This document shows, one piece after another, positions 21,861 to 31,301 of a stretch of 62,977 bases of DNA. This DNA is from a virus (lineage: Duplodnaviria > Caudoviricetes). The DNA is taken from IMG/VR virus record IMGVR_UViG_3300022821_000003, positions 1 to 62,977 of that record; one strand, 5' to 3'. Every line of letters starts with the position of its first letter. The first letter of the stretch is position 1. The position numbers and the translations under genes are program-made. The notes under the pieces were generated by a model. The model ran no database searches and had not been told where the DNA came from. It saw nothing but the letters and a program-made list of their open reading frames with translations.

Positions 21861-21991
21861 TTCTATTTTTTATGGTAGTGGTTCCTCAATACTAATCTTC
21901 GTGTTGCAACACGAAGATGTTCTATTCTCACCACCTTTTACATTTTAGGCTGTACCTCTCCACCATCAGTAGACAATTGTTTACAAGCAAA

Positions 21992-22250
21992 ATCTTGGAG
22001 GTAAGAATTTGCCGAGACGTAGCCTTAGGTCGGTCCAACTTAATGGATTACCCTGTCGCCTGCCTAAGGGCATTGACACAGGTCTTGGTCGTACTCGTAT
22101 AGTCATCTTACATGATATTAATTATTCCAATGGATTTATACCCCTTCCAAAATATCTATTTATCAATTGGAAGGTCGTGATTGTCGGATATGTAATAGCA
22201 TTCATAATATCTTACCTATCTTAGCGTCTACCTATTCCGCCACTCCAAGA
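21992..22250 (-). ncRNA. tRNA-like structured RNA with large internal insertions
   Basis: Acceptor-like TCTTGGA(G)/(C)TCCAAGA, Leu-type D arm GTGGCGGAATAGGTAGACGC and T-stem-like GTAAGA/TCTTAC, inside an extended flanking stem (about 21955-22296). Confidence 0.55.
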
Positions 22251-22356
22251 CTTTACTTGTAAATTGTTTTCCATAATTACTCACTGATGGAGAGGGGCTG
22301 GTAGGGTTGCCGCCCTAGACATTCCAACACACCTCAAACAATGAGCAATCGTTATT

Positions 22357-22773
22357 CTATTGTGACTTCTGTGGATTAAGATATCGATCGTGCATATGAC
22401 GAATCACATCTTCCCCAACAGGAGCTTCCCTCTTTTTATCTCTCCTTATGCATTCATTAAGAGGTGTATTTATAAACTTAACATTAACTTCTGCATCATT
22501 GATTTCTGCTATTAAAGACATTTGTTTAAAATGCTTTACTTCAAAATTAGTGTCATCTACAACTACATTATGACCATGAATTAATGCTAAGTCTATAATC
22601 ATATCTCTAATCTCAATAACAAGTTTTTCATTGTTTCTACTGTAATGACTACTATCAACCATTGCTCTTATGTCATCTTTATTGACTCTTTTCCATCCTT
22701 TCTCAACAAGTTCTTTAGCATATGTAGACTTTCCTGATGCTGGGAGTCCTTTTAAAATTAGTATCTTACTCAT
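22357..22773 (-). CDS. Polynucleotide 5'-kinase domain (N-terminal half of T4 PNKP-like)
   Basis: GLPASGKST P-loop, RVNKDDIR, VVDDTN and ECIRRD motifs. Confidence 0.85.
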   Translation of the reverse strand: MSKILILKGLPASGKSTYAKELVEKGWKRVNKDDIRAMVDSSHYSRNNEKLVIEIRDMIIDLALIHGHNVVVDDTNFEVKHFKQMSLIAEINDAEVNVKFINTPLNECIRRDKKREAPVGEDVIRHMHDRYLNPQKSQ

Positions 22774-23323
22774 CTTTTTTATCCTTTACGTGCATTGTTT
22801 TATGACAATCAACACATAATGTTATTCCATTATTTATATCCCATAGTTCCATACAGTTTATTGCATCTTCTATAGACTTAATCTTATTCTCTTTAATAAT
22901 TTTAGAGAAGAACTTTATGTGGTGTGCATGTAGTCTTCCTCCGACTTTCTTACATTCCTGACAAGTGTAATCATCTCTTTTATAGACACTGGTTCGCCAA
23001 TCCTTATATTCCATTATCTTTCTTATTTTCTCATTATCCTCAGATATTCCACCCTTCCAAAATGCACACTTATCTCCAGAGTGAGCTTTCCCAATATTCT
23101 TCCTCCATTCTTTTGTTCTTTTTATCCCTTTAAAAAATATGCTTTTTATCTTACGTTCCTTGTCTGTATAAATTCTACCCTTCTTTCCCTTGTTCGGAGA
23201 TGGTTTTCCTTTCTTAGCCTTGCTTAATTTAGCTTTATGGTCATCAGAAAACTTCCTACCAGTTGTAGCTTTGGATATTTTCTGTTTAGTCTCTTCCGAC
23301 ATTTTCTCGCCCTTCTTCGCCAT
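22766..23323 (-). CDS. Free-standing HNH homing endonuclease with NUMOD3 repeats
   Basis: SEETKQKISKA, WRTSVYKRDDYTCQEC, AHHIK and NGITLCVDCH motifs. Confidence 0.85.
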   Translation of the reverse strand: MAKKGEKMSEETKQKISKATTGRKFSDDHKAKLSKAKKGKPSPNKGKKGRIYTDKERKIKSIFFKGIKRTKEWRKNIGKAHSGDKCAFWKGGISEDNEKIRKIMEYKDWRTSVYKRDDYTCQECKKVGGRLHAHHIKFFSKIIKENKIKSIEDAINCMELWDINNGITLCVDCHKTMHVKDKKDE

Positions 23324-23828
23324 TTATTATCTTTTTAATTTCACTATATAAATACTCCTTATCAGAACTATTTATTATTTCATAATCTGGTTCTATCTTA
23401 TCCATCTCTGTTTCAGAGATATGTTTATCGTTGCTTATGTTACCAGGTCTAGTTATTCTAATAACAATACCACCAGAGTCTTTTACTGCCTTAGCCTCAT
23501 TCAAAAAACGAACATCATCAGCAACAACATTGCTATCGATATCAATACTGTTGAGCCACTTATCGACCCAGTAATTTTCATTGTCCTTTCTCCTAACATT
23601 CGTACCATAGTTTTGTAATAACAGTCTCACTAATGGTGGTTTAACATCAAACAAAGTCCTGATATCTGCAGTCCTATATGCTAAAGATAACTCTTTCAAT
23701 AAATCTGGAAAGTTTTCTGTAACCTCTTCTATTAATGAATCCTTAAAATTAATATCTTTAAAGTCTTTTAGACATTTGCTTGCCTCTGATTTGCCAGAGT
23801 GCTTTTTTCCAGTAAATGCAATTATCAT
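23286..23828 (-). CDS. Deoxynucleoside monophosphate kinase
   Basis: GKKHSGKS, RLLLQNYGT, DDVRFLNE and HISE motifs (T4 gp1-like). Confidence 0.85.
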   Translation of the reverse strand: MIIAFTGKKHSGKSEASKCLKDFKDINFKDSLIEEVTENFPDLLKELSLAYRTADIRTLFDVKPPLVRLLLQNYGTNVRRKDNENYWVDKWLNSIDIDSNVVADDVRFLNEAKAVKDSGGIVIRITRPGNISNDKHISETEMDKIEPDYEIINSSDKEYLYSEIKKIINGEEGRENVGRD

Positions 23829-24301
23829 AGTTTTTCTAATTCTTTCTTCAAAGAGGATATACGTTGAGTGATTGTGGTAAGTACGCTATCTATTGAAGAT
23901 ATTTTTAGCTTATATTTAAAGTACAATGTTTCGTAAAGCATCCTTCGATACCTTTTTTCTTCTGTGTCTTTTATTAAGACGTTCTCTATCTGCTCCTTAT
24001 TCTTAACTCTACCTTTCTCAGCAGTAATCTTTTCTGTAATTACATCCCATTGATGAGCTCTATACGAACGTATTTCTAGTCTTAATGACTCGAATATTTG
24101 GTTTAGTTCTCCAACATAGTCTGTTATGAAGAACTTATATCCAGCTAATTTTGATTGTGCTTCCGATAGTTCTCCTCCGTTCATTGAAAGGAAATTGCCT
24201 CCAACCTCTGATATTATCTCTGAGACTTTTTCCATTATTTTACTACCAGAATCATTTTTTGTTTCTTTTTCAAACTCCTCTTTTACATCTTTAAATGTCA
24301 T
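23825..24301 (-). CDS. Hypothetical helical protein
   Basis: ORF in operon. Confidence 0.55.
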   Translation of the reverse strand: MTFKDVKEEFEKETKNDSGSKIMEKVSEIISEVGGNFLSMNGGELSEAQSKLAGYKFFITDYVGELNQIFESLRLEIRSYRAHQWDVITEKITAEKGRVKNKEQIENVLIKDTEEKRYRRMLYETLYFKYKLKISSIDSVLTTITQRISSLKKELEKL

Positions 24302-24618
24302 ATAATACTTTTAATAATCATCATCATTTTCATCTCTATATGCATCGAATCCTATCGCACTTATCGTTTTAGTTTGTTCTTCCTTTTTCCAGACTTCAGT
24401 TATCTGTGCATTAGATTCTTTTCTTATGGCATCTGCTGCATCCTTTGCAACAACTTCCTTTTTGATATAAAATGTTATCATGCTATTTTAATATTTTTGC
24501 AACACGCTCACTCCTTGTTATAAATCTTTTCTTAACAATAAGATGTTCTACATTCTTATATTCTAGTGAATCTATACAACGTGCTATAAAGATTAATGCT
24601 TCTTTTATTTTTTTATAA

Positions 24619-25287
24619 TTATCCATAAGGGCATGTTCTGTCTCCAGTTTTACTCCAAGGACATAATCCGAAACAATGGGGACCAGGAGTAGCTTCAAAT
24701 CTAGATGTATGAACATCTGAGATGTATCGTTTGATCTTACCCTCTAGCCCCATTATTTCATCCTCACTCCTTTCAACAGGAATGATTTGCGGGAGAACAT
24801 TAGTTTTCTTATTGTTGATTGAGTAAACGAGTGGAATTGGTCTACCAAATTTCTTTAACAATACATACATATAAATATCTGTTTGTATTGTATCCACATC
24901 TTTTTCATTCCACTTTTTTGATGATGTTTTATATTCCACTCCCTGGCTTTCATCGATCCTATCTATAAACCCATACAGTGGAATATCTACTCCAGGAATA
25001 TCAACATGAAACTCATATTCAGTTTCCAACACAGAACCGAGTACTGGATTACCCAAGTACTTAGTAAATAAATGTGTCAGCATTGTTGAGTGCTCTGGAT
25101 TATCTTTAATAATTTGTCTTGATTTAGACTCGTTATTATTGTGATAAGCCTCAAGCATCTCATGATACAGTGAACCTATTATCAAAGCATCACTCTTTTG
25201 AGACAGTAATTTGTATTCATAACGAAACCTATACTGTAGAGGACACCTTTCAAAGGTGCTATATCGAGTTGCACTTATACTGCTCAT
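24619..25287 (-). CDS. PD-(D/E)XK RecB/Cas4-like exonuclease
   Basis: SATR...CPLQY, GSLYH, GFIDRID, EYKTS and C-terminal Cys residues. Confidence 0.85.
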   Translation of the reverse strand: MSSISATRYSTFERCPLQYRFRYEYKLLSQKSDALIIGSLYHEMLEAYHNNNESKSRQIIKDNPEHSTMLTHLFTKYLGNPVLGSVLETEYEFHVDIPGVDIPLYGFIDRIDESQGVEYKTSSKKWNEKDVDTIQTDIYMYVLLKKFGRPIPLVYSINNKKTNVLPQIIPVERSEDEIMGLEGKIKRYISDVHTSRFEATPGPHCFGLCPWSKTGDRTCPYG

Positions 25288-25676
25288 TTCTTCAATGCGA
25301 TTAATTTTAAGTTGAATTTCTTCTGCATAACTAATTGCATATCTTTATCTTTTATTTCCTCTATTTTTCCTATTAGCGACCTTAGCTGACCCTCGTTATC
25401 TATATCATTGATTTTCTTTTCTAATTCAAGGAGGGTTTTATCAACAGCCTTGCTTAACGCAACGGGTTTAGATAAATTTGATTTGATTTCATCATAATAA
25501 GCACTCGTATTTTTTTCGCACAACTCCCGACCAAAGTTGATTGCATTTTGGACACTTTCCATGGATTCTGAATCGAACCCAATTATATCAACGCCTAATC
25601 GATAATCTTTAGACTCAAAATTGCCTAAATTAATCTTTTGTGTTATCTCTACTTTTATTTTTTCTACTTTTTCCAT
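25284..25676 (-). CDS. Hypothetical protein
   Basis: KINLGNFES motif seen in phage recombination modules. Confidence 0.55.
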   Translation of the reverse strand: MEKVEKIKVEITQKINLGNFESKDYRLGVDIIGFDSESMESVQNAINFGRELCEKNTSAYYDEIKSNLSKPVALSKAVDKTLLELEKKINDIDNEGQLRSLIGKIEEIKDKDMQLVMQKKFNLKLIALKK

Positions 25677-25695
25677 AGTGACTTTAGTGGATTAA

Positions 25696-26484
25696 TTAAA
25701 AAGGAAGATTTTCTACATCGATGTCATCTTCAGAAACCTCTGTTCCAGTTATGCCAGACTTCTCAATCTCTTTTTTAACAACTTCTCCAGAACTCTTGTA
25801 AGAATCAGCAATAGCATCTAACTTATCTTCTAAGCCATTAGCAATCTCATCAACCTTATCTTCTTTTGTCTTCCCTATGTTCTGTAAGTTACAAGCCCAG
25901 AACTCATTAATCCCAAACTTCTTTTTCTCTAGTGCAAACTTAGTCGTGAAGTTTCTGAATCCATTATCATCCCTTTCTTCTTGACATCCATCTTTGTAAG
26001 TAAACCAATTATTGTTCTGATTCAGCTTCCATCTAAACTTAAATATATCTCCAGATATTAGCACATATAGAATAGAGAATACATCAAATGTTTTCTCTGG
26101 AATTCCTTTAGGACTTACTTGTCCTGTTGCGAATTCTGTCTTTGTCCCTGCGTAAGGACCTTCATATAAAACTCTCTTTTCATCTGGACAGTAGACTCTA
26201 ACATCATTTCTACTACCTGTAAATTCAAACTCATTTGACATATATGCAGGTTTGTGAACATACTTTGATTGAATTTGATATCTGTCAAATAAGATGACAG
26301 CCTCTAAATCTTTTACGAAGAAATCTTTGCTATATTTTCCTTCTAAATCTCTTGTTTTGATGTTGAATCCTTCTTGAGCAGGAACTTCAACTTCTTGCAT
26401 TTTTCCATCAATCTCAATTTCCTTTGATACTTTCGTATTATTTACTGAGATTTCAGGTATAAACTCTTGTTTTTCTTTCTCCAT
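25696..26484 (-). CDS. Putative single-stranded DNA-binding protein
   Basis: Acidic SSB-like tail (EDDIDVENLPF); adjacent to the exonuclease. Confidence 0.5.
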   Translation of the reverse strand: MEKEKQEFIPEISVNNTKVSKEIEIDGKMQEVEVPAQEGFNIKTRDLEGKYSKDFFVKDLEAVILFDRYQIQSKYVHKPAYMSNEFEFTGSRNDVRVYCPDEKRVLYEGPYAGTKTEFATGQVSPKGIPEKTFDVFSILYVLISGDIFKFRWKLNQNNNWFTYKDGCQEERDDNGFRNFTTKFALEKKKFGINEFWACNLQNIGKTKEDKVDEIANGLEDKLDAIADSYKSSGEVVKKEIEKSGITGTEVSEDDIDVENLPF

Positions 26485-26489
26485 TTTTT

Positions 26490-26966
26490 TTAAAAGGGAA
26501 CCTCCGAAACAATGATGTCATCGTCAGTCTCACTAACTCTTTCATCAACTGCTACGGCTTTTGCCTCTTCTTTATTTATAAAACTTAATTGATTTATTGT
26601 TTCTTCTGTCCTTTCTTTGGACTCTTCTCTCCTTCTTGCAATACTCCAGTTAGTGAACTGAGTGGATAATCCAAAATACTTTTCTCCTGGTTGTAATGTT
26701 GCATTACCATCAGATATTAACTCCTCTATAGGTATCAACCATTCTCCATCATTACTATACCTGAATCCAGCCTTCTTGATTTCTGTCATTGGTAGTATCC
26801 CCATAGGGGTTTCTTCCCATCCTTCCTTAAGCTTTTTAGCATACCATTCCTGTCCTTCCTTAATGAACTCTGGCAGGGTTTTCTTTCCACCGTTTCCCGA
26901 TGTAAGCAATTCTGCCCTCTTGCTCAAGTTCTTTGATGCGTCCGACATTGAATATTTTTTCTCCAT
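26490..26966 (-). CDS. Hypothetical protein with acidic PF tail
   Basis: ORF ending DDDIIVSEVPF. Confidence 0.5.
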   Translation of the reverse strand: MEKKYSMSDASKNLSKRAELLTSGNGGKKTLPEFIKEGQEWYAKKLKEGWEETPMGILPMTEIKKAGFRYSNDGEWLIPIEELISDGNATLQPGEKYFGLSTQFTNWSIARRREESKERTEETINQLSFINKEEAKAVAVDERVSETDDDIIVSEVPF

Positions 26967-27276
26967 CTGATAATGTTATGATAGGTTCTTTGCCCTCAAG
27001 CTTGTCAAAGTCCTCATCAATATATTTATTAAGTGTTGATAATGTCCACTTGAAGTCTGCTGTATCCACAAGGTGCTTCATTGTCCTTATGATTTTCTCA
27101 CTACTATAGCAATCATATTCTTGTGCATCTAAATAATTCTTCTTAACAATCCTATCCAACTGAATTTGATTCTCAACTGTCATCCCCTTAGCTTTCATAA
27201 ATAGTCCAATTATCTTCTCAACCTTATCCTCACTCTCCATACACTTTGATATTGCTTCGGCTGAATTGAATGTCAT
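26860..27276 (-). CDS. Hypothetical protein (possible replication-related)
   Basis: ORF overlapping the downstream gene by 107 nt. Confidence 0.45.
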   Translation of the reverse strand: MTFNSAEAISKCMESEDKVEKIIGLFMKAKGMTVENQIQLDRIVKKNYLDAQEYDCYSSEKIIRTMKHLVDTADFKWTLSTLNKYIDEDFDKLEGKEPIITLSDGEKIFNVGRIKELEQEGRIAYIGKRWKENPARVH

Positions 27277-27277
27277 T

Positions 27278-27844
27278 TTAATAACTTAATAATAATAGAC
27301 CGTCCTTTTTTATATCATATCCTGGCAATAGAGCAGGATTGAATGGTGGTGTTACAACATGCCATCCATTCTTTGTTTCAAATTTGTTGAAATTTCTTCC
27401 AACGATCGGAAATAGTTTTTCCTTAAGTTCTTTCAGCCCGTCCTTATCATCTAGGTCTATCATGAATGCTATTTCTGTTTTTGTTTTAGGATTGCATATA
27501 GCACTTATCCATCTATTCTTTATGTCTAAATAAAACATATCCCTATTATACTCATCTTCATAGTCTGCATCTAACTGTCTGCCTTTAAATATTCTAATAG
27601 CCTTGTTCATATCTCTCTTGTTGACACTGCTATATATTCTATATGGTATATCAGATTCATTTTTGATGCTAACGAGCTTATCTAGTTCTTCTTCAAACTC
27701 CTCTTGTGAATATGCTATTCGCTTGATAGCCGACCTGTCTCTTTGTGCTCCTCCTTCTTTCTTCCTGTGGATAAGCATTAGCATCCTTACACCATCTGTA
27801 AATCCATCAAACTCTGCTATTATTTTTTCAGTTTCTTTATTCAT
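27278..27844 (-). CDS. AEP (primase-polymerase)-like protein
   Basis: hhDhD (MIDLD) and TKNGWH motifs resemble AEP motifs I and II. Confidence 0.45.
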   Translation of the reverse strand: MNKETEKIIAEFDGFTDGVRMLMLIHRKKEGGAQRDRSAIKRIAYSQEEFEEELDKLVSIKNESDIPYRIYSSVNKRDMNKAIRIFKGRQLDADYEDEYNRDMFYLDIKNRWISAICNPKTKTEIAFMIDLDDKDGLKELKEKLFPIVGRNFNKFETKNGWHVVTPPFNPALLPGYDIKKDGLLLLSY

Positions 27845-27845
27845 A

Positions 27846-28007
27846 TTAATTCATATTTATTTTAACCCACTCATCCATATTAACATCTCCACCTGCACAC
27901 TTGCAAACATCTCTTTCCTTATAGTAGTTGCAAGGACATGTAAACTTATTTGAGCATAGACAGTGTCCTATCTCTCTTGCTTTCTGTTGTATCTTTTTTA
28001 AATTCAT
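27846..28007 (-). CDS. Cys-rich 53-aa peptide (CLC...CPC...CKC), ferredoxin-thioredoxin reductase-like motif
   Basis: Manual translation; preceded by the repeated CCACnnAAGTCAC motif and a promoter. Confidence 0.55.
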   Translation of the reverse strand: MNLKKIQQKAREIGHCLCSNKFTCPCNYYKERDVCKCAGGDVNMDEWVKINMN

Positions 28008-28039
28008 AGTGACTTATGTGGTTCTTACCCTATAACTTA

Positions 28040-28068
28040 AGTATAGCACACTTTATGTCAGATTGCAA
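28040..28068 (-). promoter_or_regulatory. Sigma70-type promoter TTGCAA-17-TATACT with extended -10
   Basis: Near-consensus match; the palindrome at 28073-28084 lies just upstream. Confidence 0.6.
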
Positions 28069-28335
28069 CTCTGCTAATGTTAGCCATAGAATCGCTGTTT
28101 TTAAAACATTTTTTTATTTATATTTATTTTTTATAATTGAATCTTTAACTCTATGTAATAACTTATGAGAAACATTATTATTAAAAATATTGTTAAGCAT
28201 ACATTAAATTTCCATCCACTCTTTATTATCATAAATGTTTTATTCTTCATTATGTCTATCCTTATTATAGATATGAGATAATAGTATTATTAGTAATATC
28301 AATTCCATTTTGTTTATACTTATTTAATAAATTTG

Positions 28336-28407
28336 AGCCATGAGTAGGAGTCGAACCTACGATCCAGGATTTGCAGTCGAGAGCCTTTCCGTCTTGGCTA
28401 TCATGGC
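28336..28407 (-). tRNA. tRNA-Cys (GCA), anticodon stem with two mismatches (possibly degenerate)
   Basis: GCCATGA/TCATGGC acceptor, U73, GTAGG-TTCGACT-CCTAC T arm; anticodon stem CTCGA/TCCTG. Confidence 0.7.
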
Positions 28408-28410
28408 ATA

Positions 28411-28557
28411 CTAGACTTTCCAGTAATATTCGCATTGACCATCCTTGCTAGGATTCTTCATGAAATAAGATTGCATCATACCAGCCTTAGCTGTATATCG
28501 ATAGCAAGTCTTTTTTCTTTTACAATTTTTTCCTCCACATTTTGTTATATCTGTCAT
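28411..28557 (-). CDS. Cys-rich small protein MTDITKC... (paralog 1, 48 aa)
   Basis: Manual translation; near-identical to 29246..29425. Confidence 0.7.
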   Translation of the reverse strand: MTDITKCGGKNCKRKKTCYRYTAKAGMMQSYFMKNPSKDGQCEYYWKV

Positions 28558-28811
28558 ATATTTAATCTTGTTATTAATAAAATTAAGGGGGAGTTTATTA
28601 TCCCCCTTATGTCTCTAGTGATACACATATCCTCCATAAGGAGCTTTTTTAAGTCTCTCTATGTAAGCGAGTGCATCAGTTGTTTCTTTCGTTGAAGAAA
28701 GATTTTCAAGTTCTTCTTTTTTCTTCTCCAAGTAGTCGTCAATTTCTTTAATCCATTCATTCATGATATCCTCCTTTAAAGTTCATTGACAATAATTGCG
28801 TTAACAAATGT

Positions 28812-28997
28812 CTATAAAGTGCTTCTTCTGATATCATCTTTACTTCTTTCTAAAGAATCAATCAATCTTTCAATAGAGCGTCTTTCTTCATACTCTTTTA
28901 CCTGAGAGAGCATAATATCTGCCTCTGCTCTAAAGATATTAAGTTCAACACTAACTTCGATAGCCAAATCCTTAACTTCTTTTTTACCATCAAACAT
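28812..28997 (-). CDS. Hypothetical protein
   Basis: ORF in operon. Confidence 0.45.
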   Translation of the reverse strand: MFDGKKEVKDLAIEVSVELNIFRAEADIMLSQVKEYEERRSIERLIDSLERSKDDIRRSTL

Positions 28998-29277
28998 AAT
29001 TCCCCCTTTTAGAAAGAGCGTCTATAACATGGATAGTTTGTCCTCGCCAGAAGTAGTCTATTAAATAGTTTATTATCTCCTCTGGAGTTTTGTTGTCAAA
29101 AAGAGTGTGATAGTCTTCATGTCTGTATTTGTCCAAATAAACTATATTCTTATTTGTTGTCTTGCCTCCTCTGGAGCCAGGAATGATATGGTGTCTAGTG
29201 AACTCTCTGCCTTCAGACTTCTTTTTGTCTATACGTCTTTTCTCCTTACGAAGTTTCCTTTTTTCTTTGGACGCCAT
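28990..29277 (-). CDS. HNH-like protein
   Basis: TRHHIIPGSRGGKTTNKNI...H...H pattern. Confidence 0.65.
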   Translation of the reverse strand: MASKEKRKLRKEKRRIDKKKSEGREFTRHHIIPGSRGGKTTNKNIVYLDKYRHEDYHTLFDNKTPEEIINYLIDYFWRGQTIHVIDALSKRGNYV

Positions 29278-29425
29278 TTGTTACCTCCCAATAGTATTCA
29301 CATTCATTATGTTGATTTGGATTAGCTAGGAAATAAGATTGCAGCATACCAGCTTTAGCTGTATATCGATAGCAAGTCTTTTTACGCTTGCACCCTTTTC
29401 CTCCACACTTTGTTATATCTGTCAT
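29246..29425 (-). CDS. Cys-rich small protein MTDITKC... (paralog 2)
   Basis: Paralog of 28411..28557; start assigned to ATG 29425 by homology. Confidence 0.7.
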   Translation of the reverse strand: MTDITKCGGKGCKRKKTCYRYTAKAGMLQSYFLANPNQHNECEYYWEVTNGVQRKKETS

Positions 29426-29510
29426 ATTTTTTATCTTACTGACACCCAAGAACAATTCTTGGATGTTAATTAAATATTCCCAACATTACTGCTAAGTGTC
29501 AGTAAGCTAT

Positions 29511-29708
29511 TTAATCTCCTAAGTTATTTATAAATCTATTAAGTCTCTTCATTGTCTTTATGATACCTGTTTCATTAAACTCTTCTTGATGCACTTCTTT
29601 TTTATCTAAGTTAAATAATGTGATTAAAGTCTCATACTTTCCATCTTCAGAGCTGACAGGGTTGATGCTTATCCATGTTATATCTTTTTTCTTAAATTTT
29701 AGTTTCAT
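29511..29708 (-). CDS. Hypothetical protein
   Basis: ORF in operon. Confidence 0.45.
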   Translation of the reverse strand: MKLKFKKKDITWISINPVSSEDGKYETLITLFNLDKKEVHQEEFNETGIIKTMKRLNRFINNLGD

Positions 29709-29709
29709 A

Positions 29710-30054
29710 TTATTTTAACTTAATCAAATGTAGATGCAAATGTGCAGGAACTGTCATAAGCTTTGGTGTGTTCCTAGCTATATACGAATAGCCTTGACAA
29801 ATACTATCAACTATTTTATAATACTCCTTAAGTTCTTCTTTATTTAGATCTCTCATCTTAGCTATGTGTCTCTTAGTAGCTAATAGATGATGTTTTGATG
29901 ATATTAAGTCATATGGGAACTTATTGTCCACAACAACCCAATAACGATATTCTTTTAATAAGAGGTCCTTTAAACAAAAAGGACATCCTTGTTTACTTCC
30001 TTTTAAAAACTTTTGATACATCTTTTCTGTTTCCTCCGTTCTTAATGAAGCCAT
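29710..30054 (-). CDS. HIT-family nucleotide hydrolase
   Basis: CPFC, NKFPY, HLL and HLHLH motifs. Confidence 0.8.
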   Translation of the reverse strand: MASLRTEETEKMYQKFLKGSKQGCPFCLKDLLLKEYRYWVVVDNKFPYDLISSKHHLLATKRHIAKMRDLNKEELKEYYKIVDSICQGYSYIARNTPKLMTVPAHLHLHLIKLK

Positions 30055-30094
30055 ATTAAATTTTAATAATTAATCCTCTTCTCCACAATCCTCA

Positions 30095-30157
30095 TGTGTA
30101 TCGAGGTCCGTATCTATATACTTTTGACACTTCTCACAATAGATTATACTCATACTT
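30095..30157. repeat. 63-bp exact direct repeat, copy 1
   Basis: Identical to 30660-30722. Confidence 0.9.
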
Positions 30158-30169
30158 TTTTATAAATTA

Positions 30170-30659
30170 TTTACTAACAGTGGGGTACATCTCATATCTA
30201 TCAGGGATTTAATCTCCTTAATATAGGGCAGATATGTAATAAATATGCCTTATGCGATGCTACTGACTACTATTTACACGTGCTTATTTGTAGTCAACCC
30301 ACCCTGTCAATAAACAATTGTTTGCTATATATCTTATAGAGGTGGGGGTTTCTCCCACTGATACTAACGAGGTGACTCAGTTGAGCCTTGGTAATTAACC
30401 TGTATAGTTAATCGACTGTACAGTCTTTCACTACAAGCCCAAAAGCTACATATAGATTTTTGACGCCTATTCCTCACTCTATAAGATATGTAATAAACAA
30501 TTATTTGCTAACAATGGAGACCAGCCAATAGATAACTACCCCAATATAAAAGGGTTGACATAGTCCGTTCAATGAATACTAATGCCTTGCGAGCCATAGT
30601 CTTTAAGCATTGACGTTAGTTTCCAGTTATCTACTCTATATTTCCGACTGGTAGTCTCC
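30170..30659 (-). ncRNA. Candidate array of three stem-closed structured RNAs
   Basis: Terminal stems at 30170/30314, 30329-30341/30477-30489 (13 bp perfect) and about 30516/30659. Repeated linker AATAAACAATT(G/A)TTTGCTA. No long ORF. Confidence 0.4.
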
Positions 30660-30722
30660 TGTGTATCGAGGTCCGTATCTATATACTTTTGACACTTCTC
30701 ACAATAGATTATACTCATACTT
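30660..30722. repeat. 63-bp exact direct repeat, copy 2
   Basis: Identical to 30095-30157. Confidence 0.9.
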
Positions 30723-30880
30723 CAAATATTAAATTATCATCATCATCATAATCTATCCCATAATCAGTATCATATACATTCTTACCATCTTCTGTATCAT
30801 AATAACTAAATAAAACATTATAGTCTTTTTTGTTTTCAATTTTTTGTAACTGATTTATTAATTCTGATAACTTCATATTT

Positions 30881-31147
30881 TTAATAGTTATGTAACTCTT
30901 CTTTTAATCGACAAATCTTTTTTTCTAACCGTGCAATTATGAATCCCCTCAACGCCTCTGCGTCATCTCCGTTGAAGTCAACCGAATGGCTGGACATTTT
31001 ACCATAAATATTAGTCCCGTAAACATATTCAGTTATAAAGGAGACTATACCGTTATGGCTGTTGCTATAGATAAAGTCGGAAGTCCTTTCTAACTCTTCT
31101 AGTTCTATCAATTTATTTTTTACTTCTTTCGCATGTTTAATCTTCAT
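30881..31147 (-). CDS. Hypothetical protein
   Basis: ORF on the coding strand of the arm. Confidence 0.55.
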   Translation of the reverse strand: MKIKHAKEVKNKLIELEELERTSDFIYSNSHNGIVSFITEYVYGTNIYGKMSSHSVDFNGDDAEALRGFIIARLEKKICRLKEELHNY

Positions 31148-31301
31148 ACTTTTTTGTCTTAATGATTATATACTAGTGGAGGCGGTCTTTGTGTTTGGCT
31201 ATAACCTACATCCTGCATAAATACAACATGGTGGGACACCGTCTATATAAATACATACCCCCACTCTACCTCCTCCATTAATATATAATAGCGATTATTT
31301 G

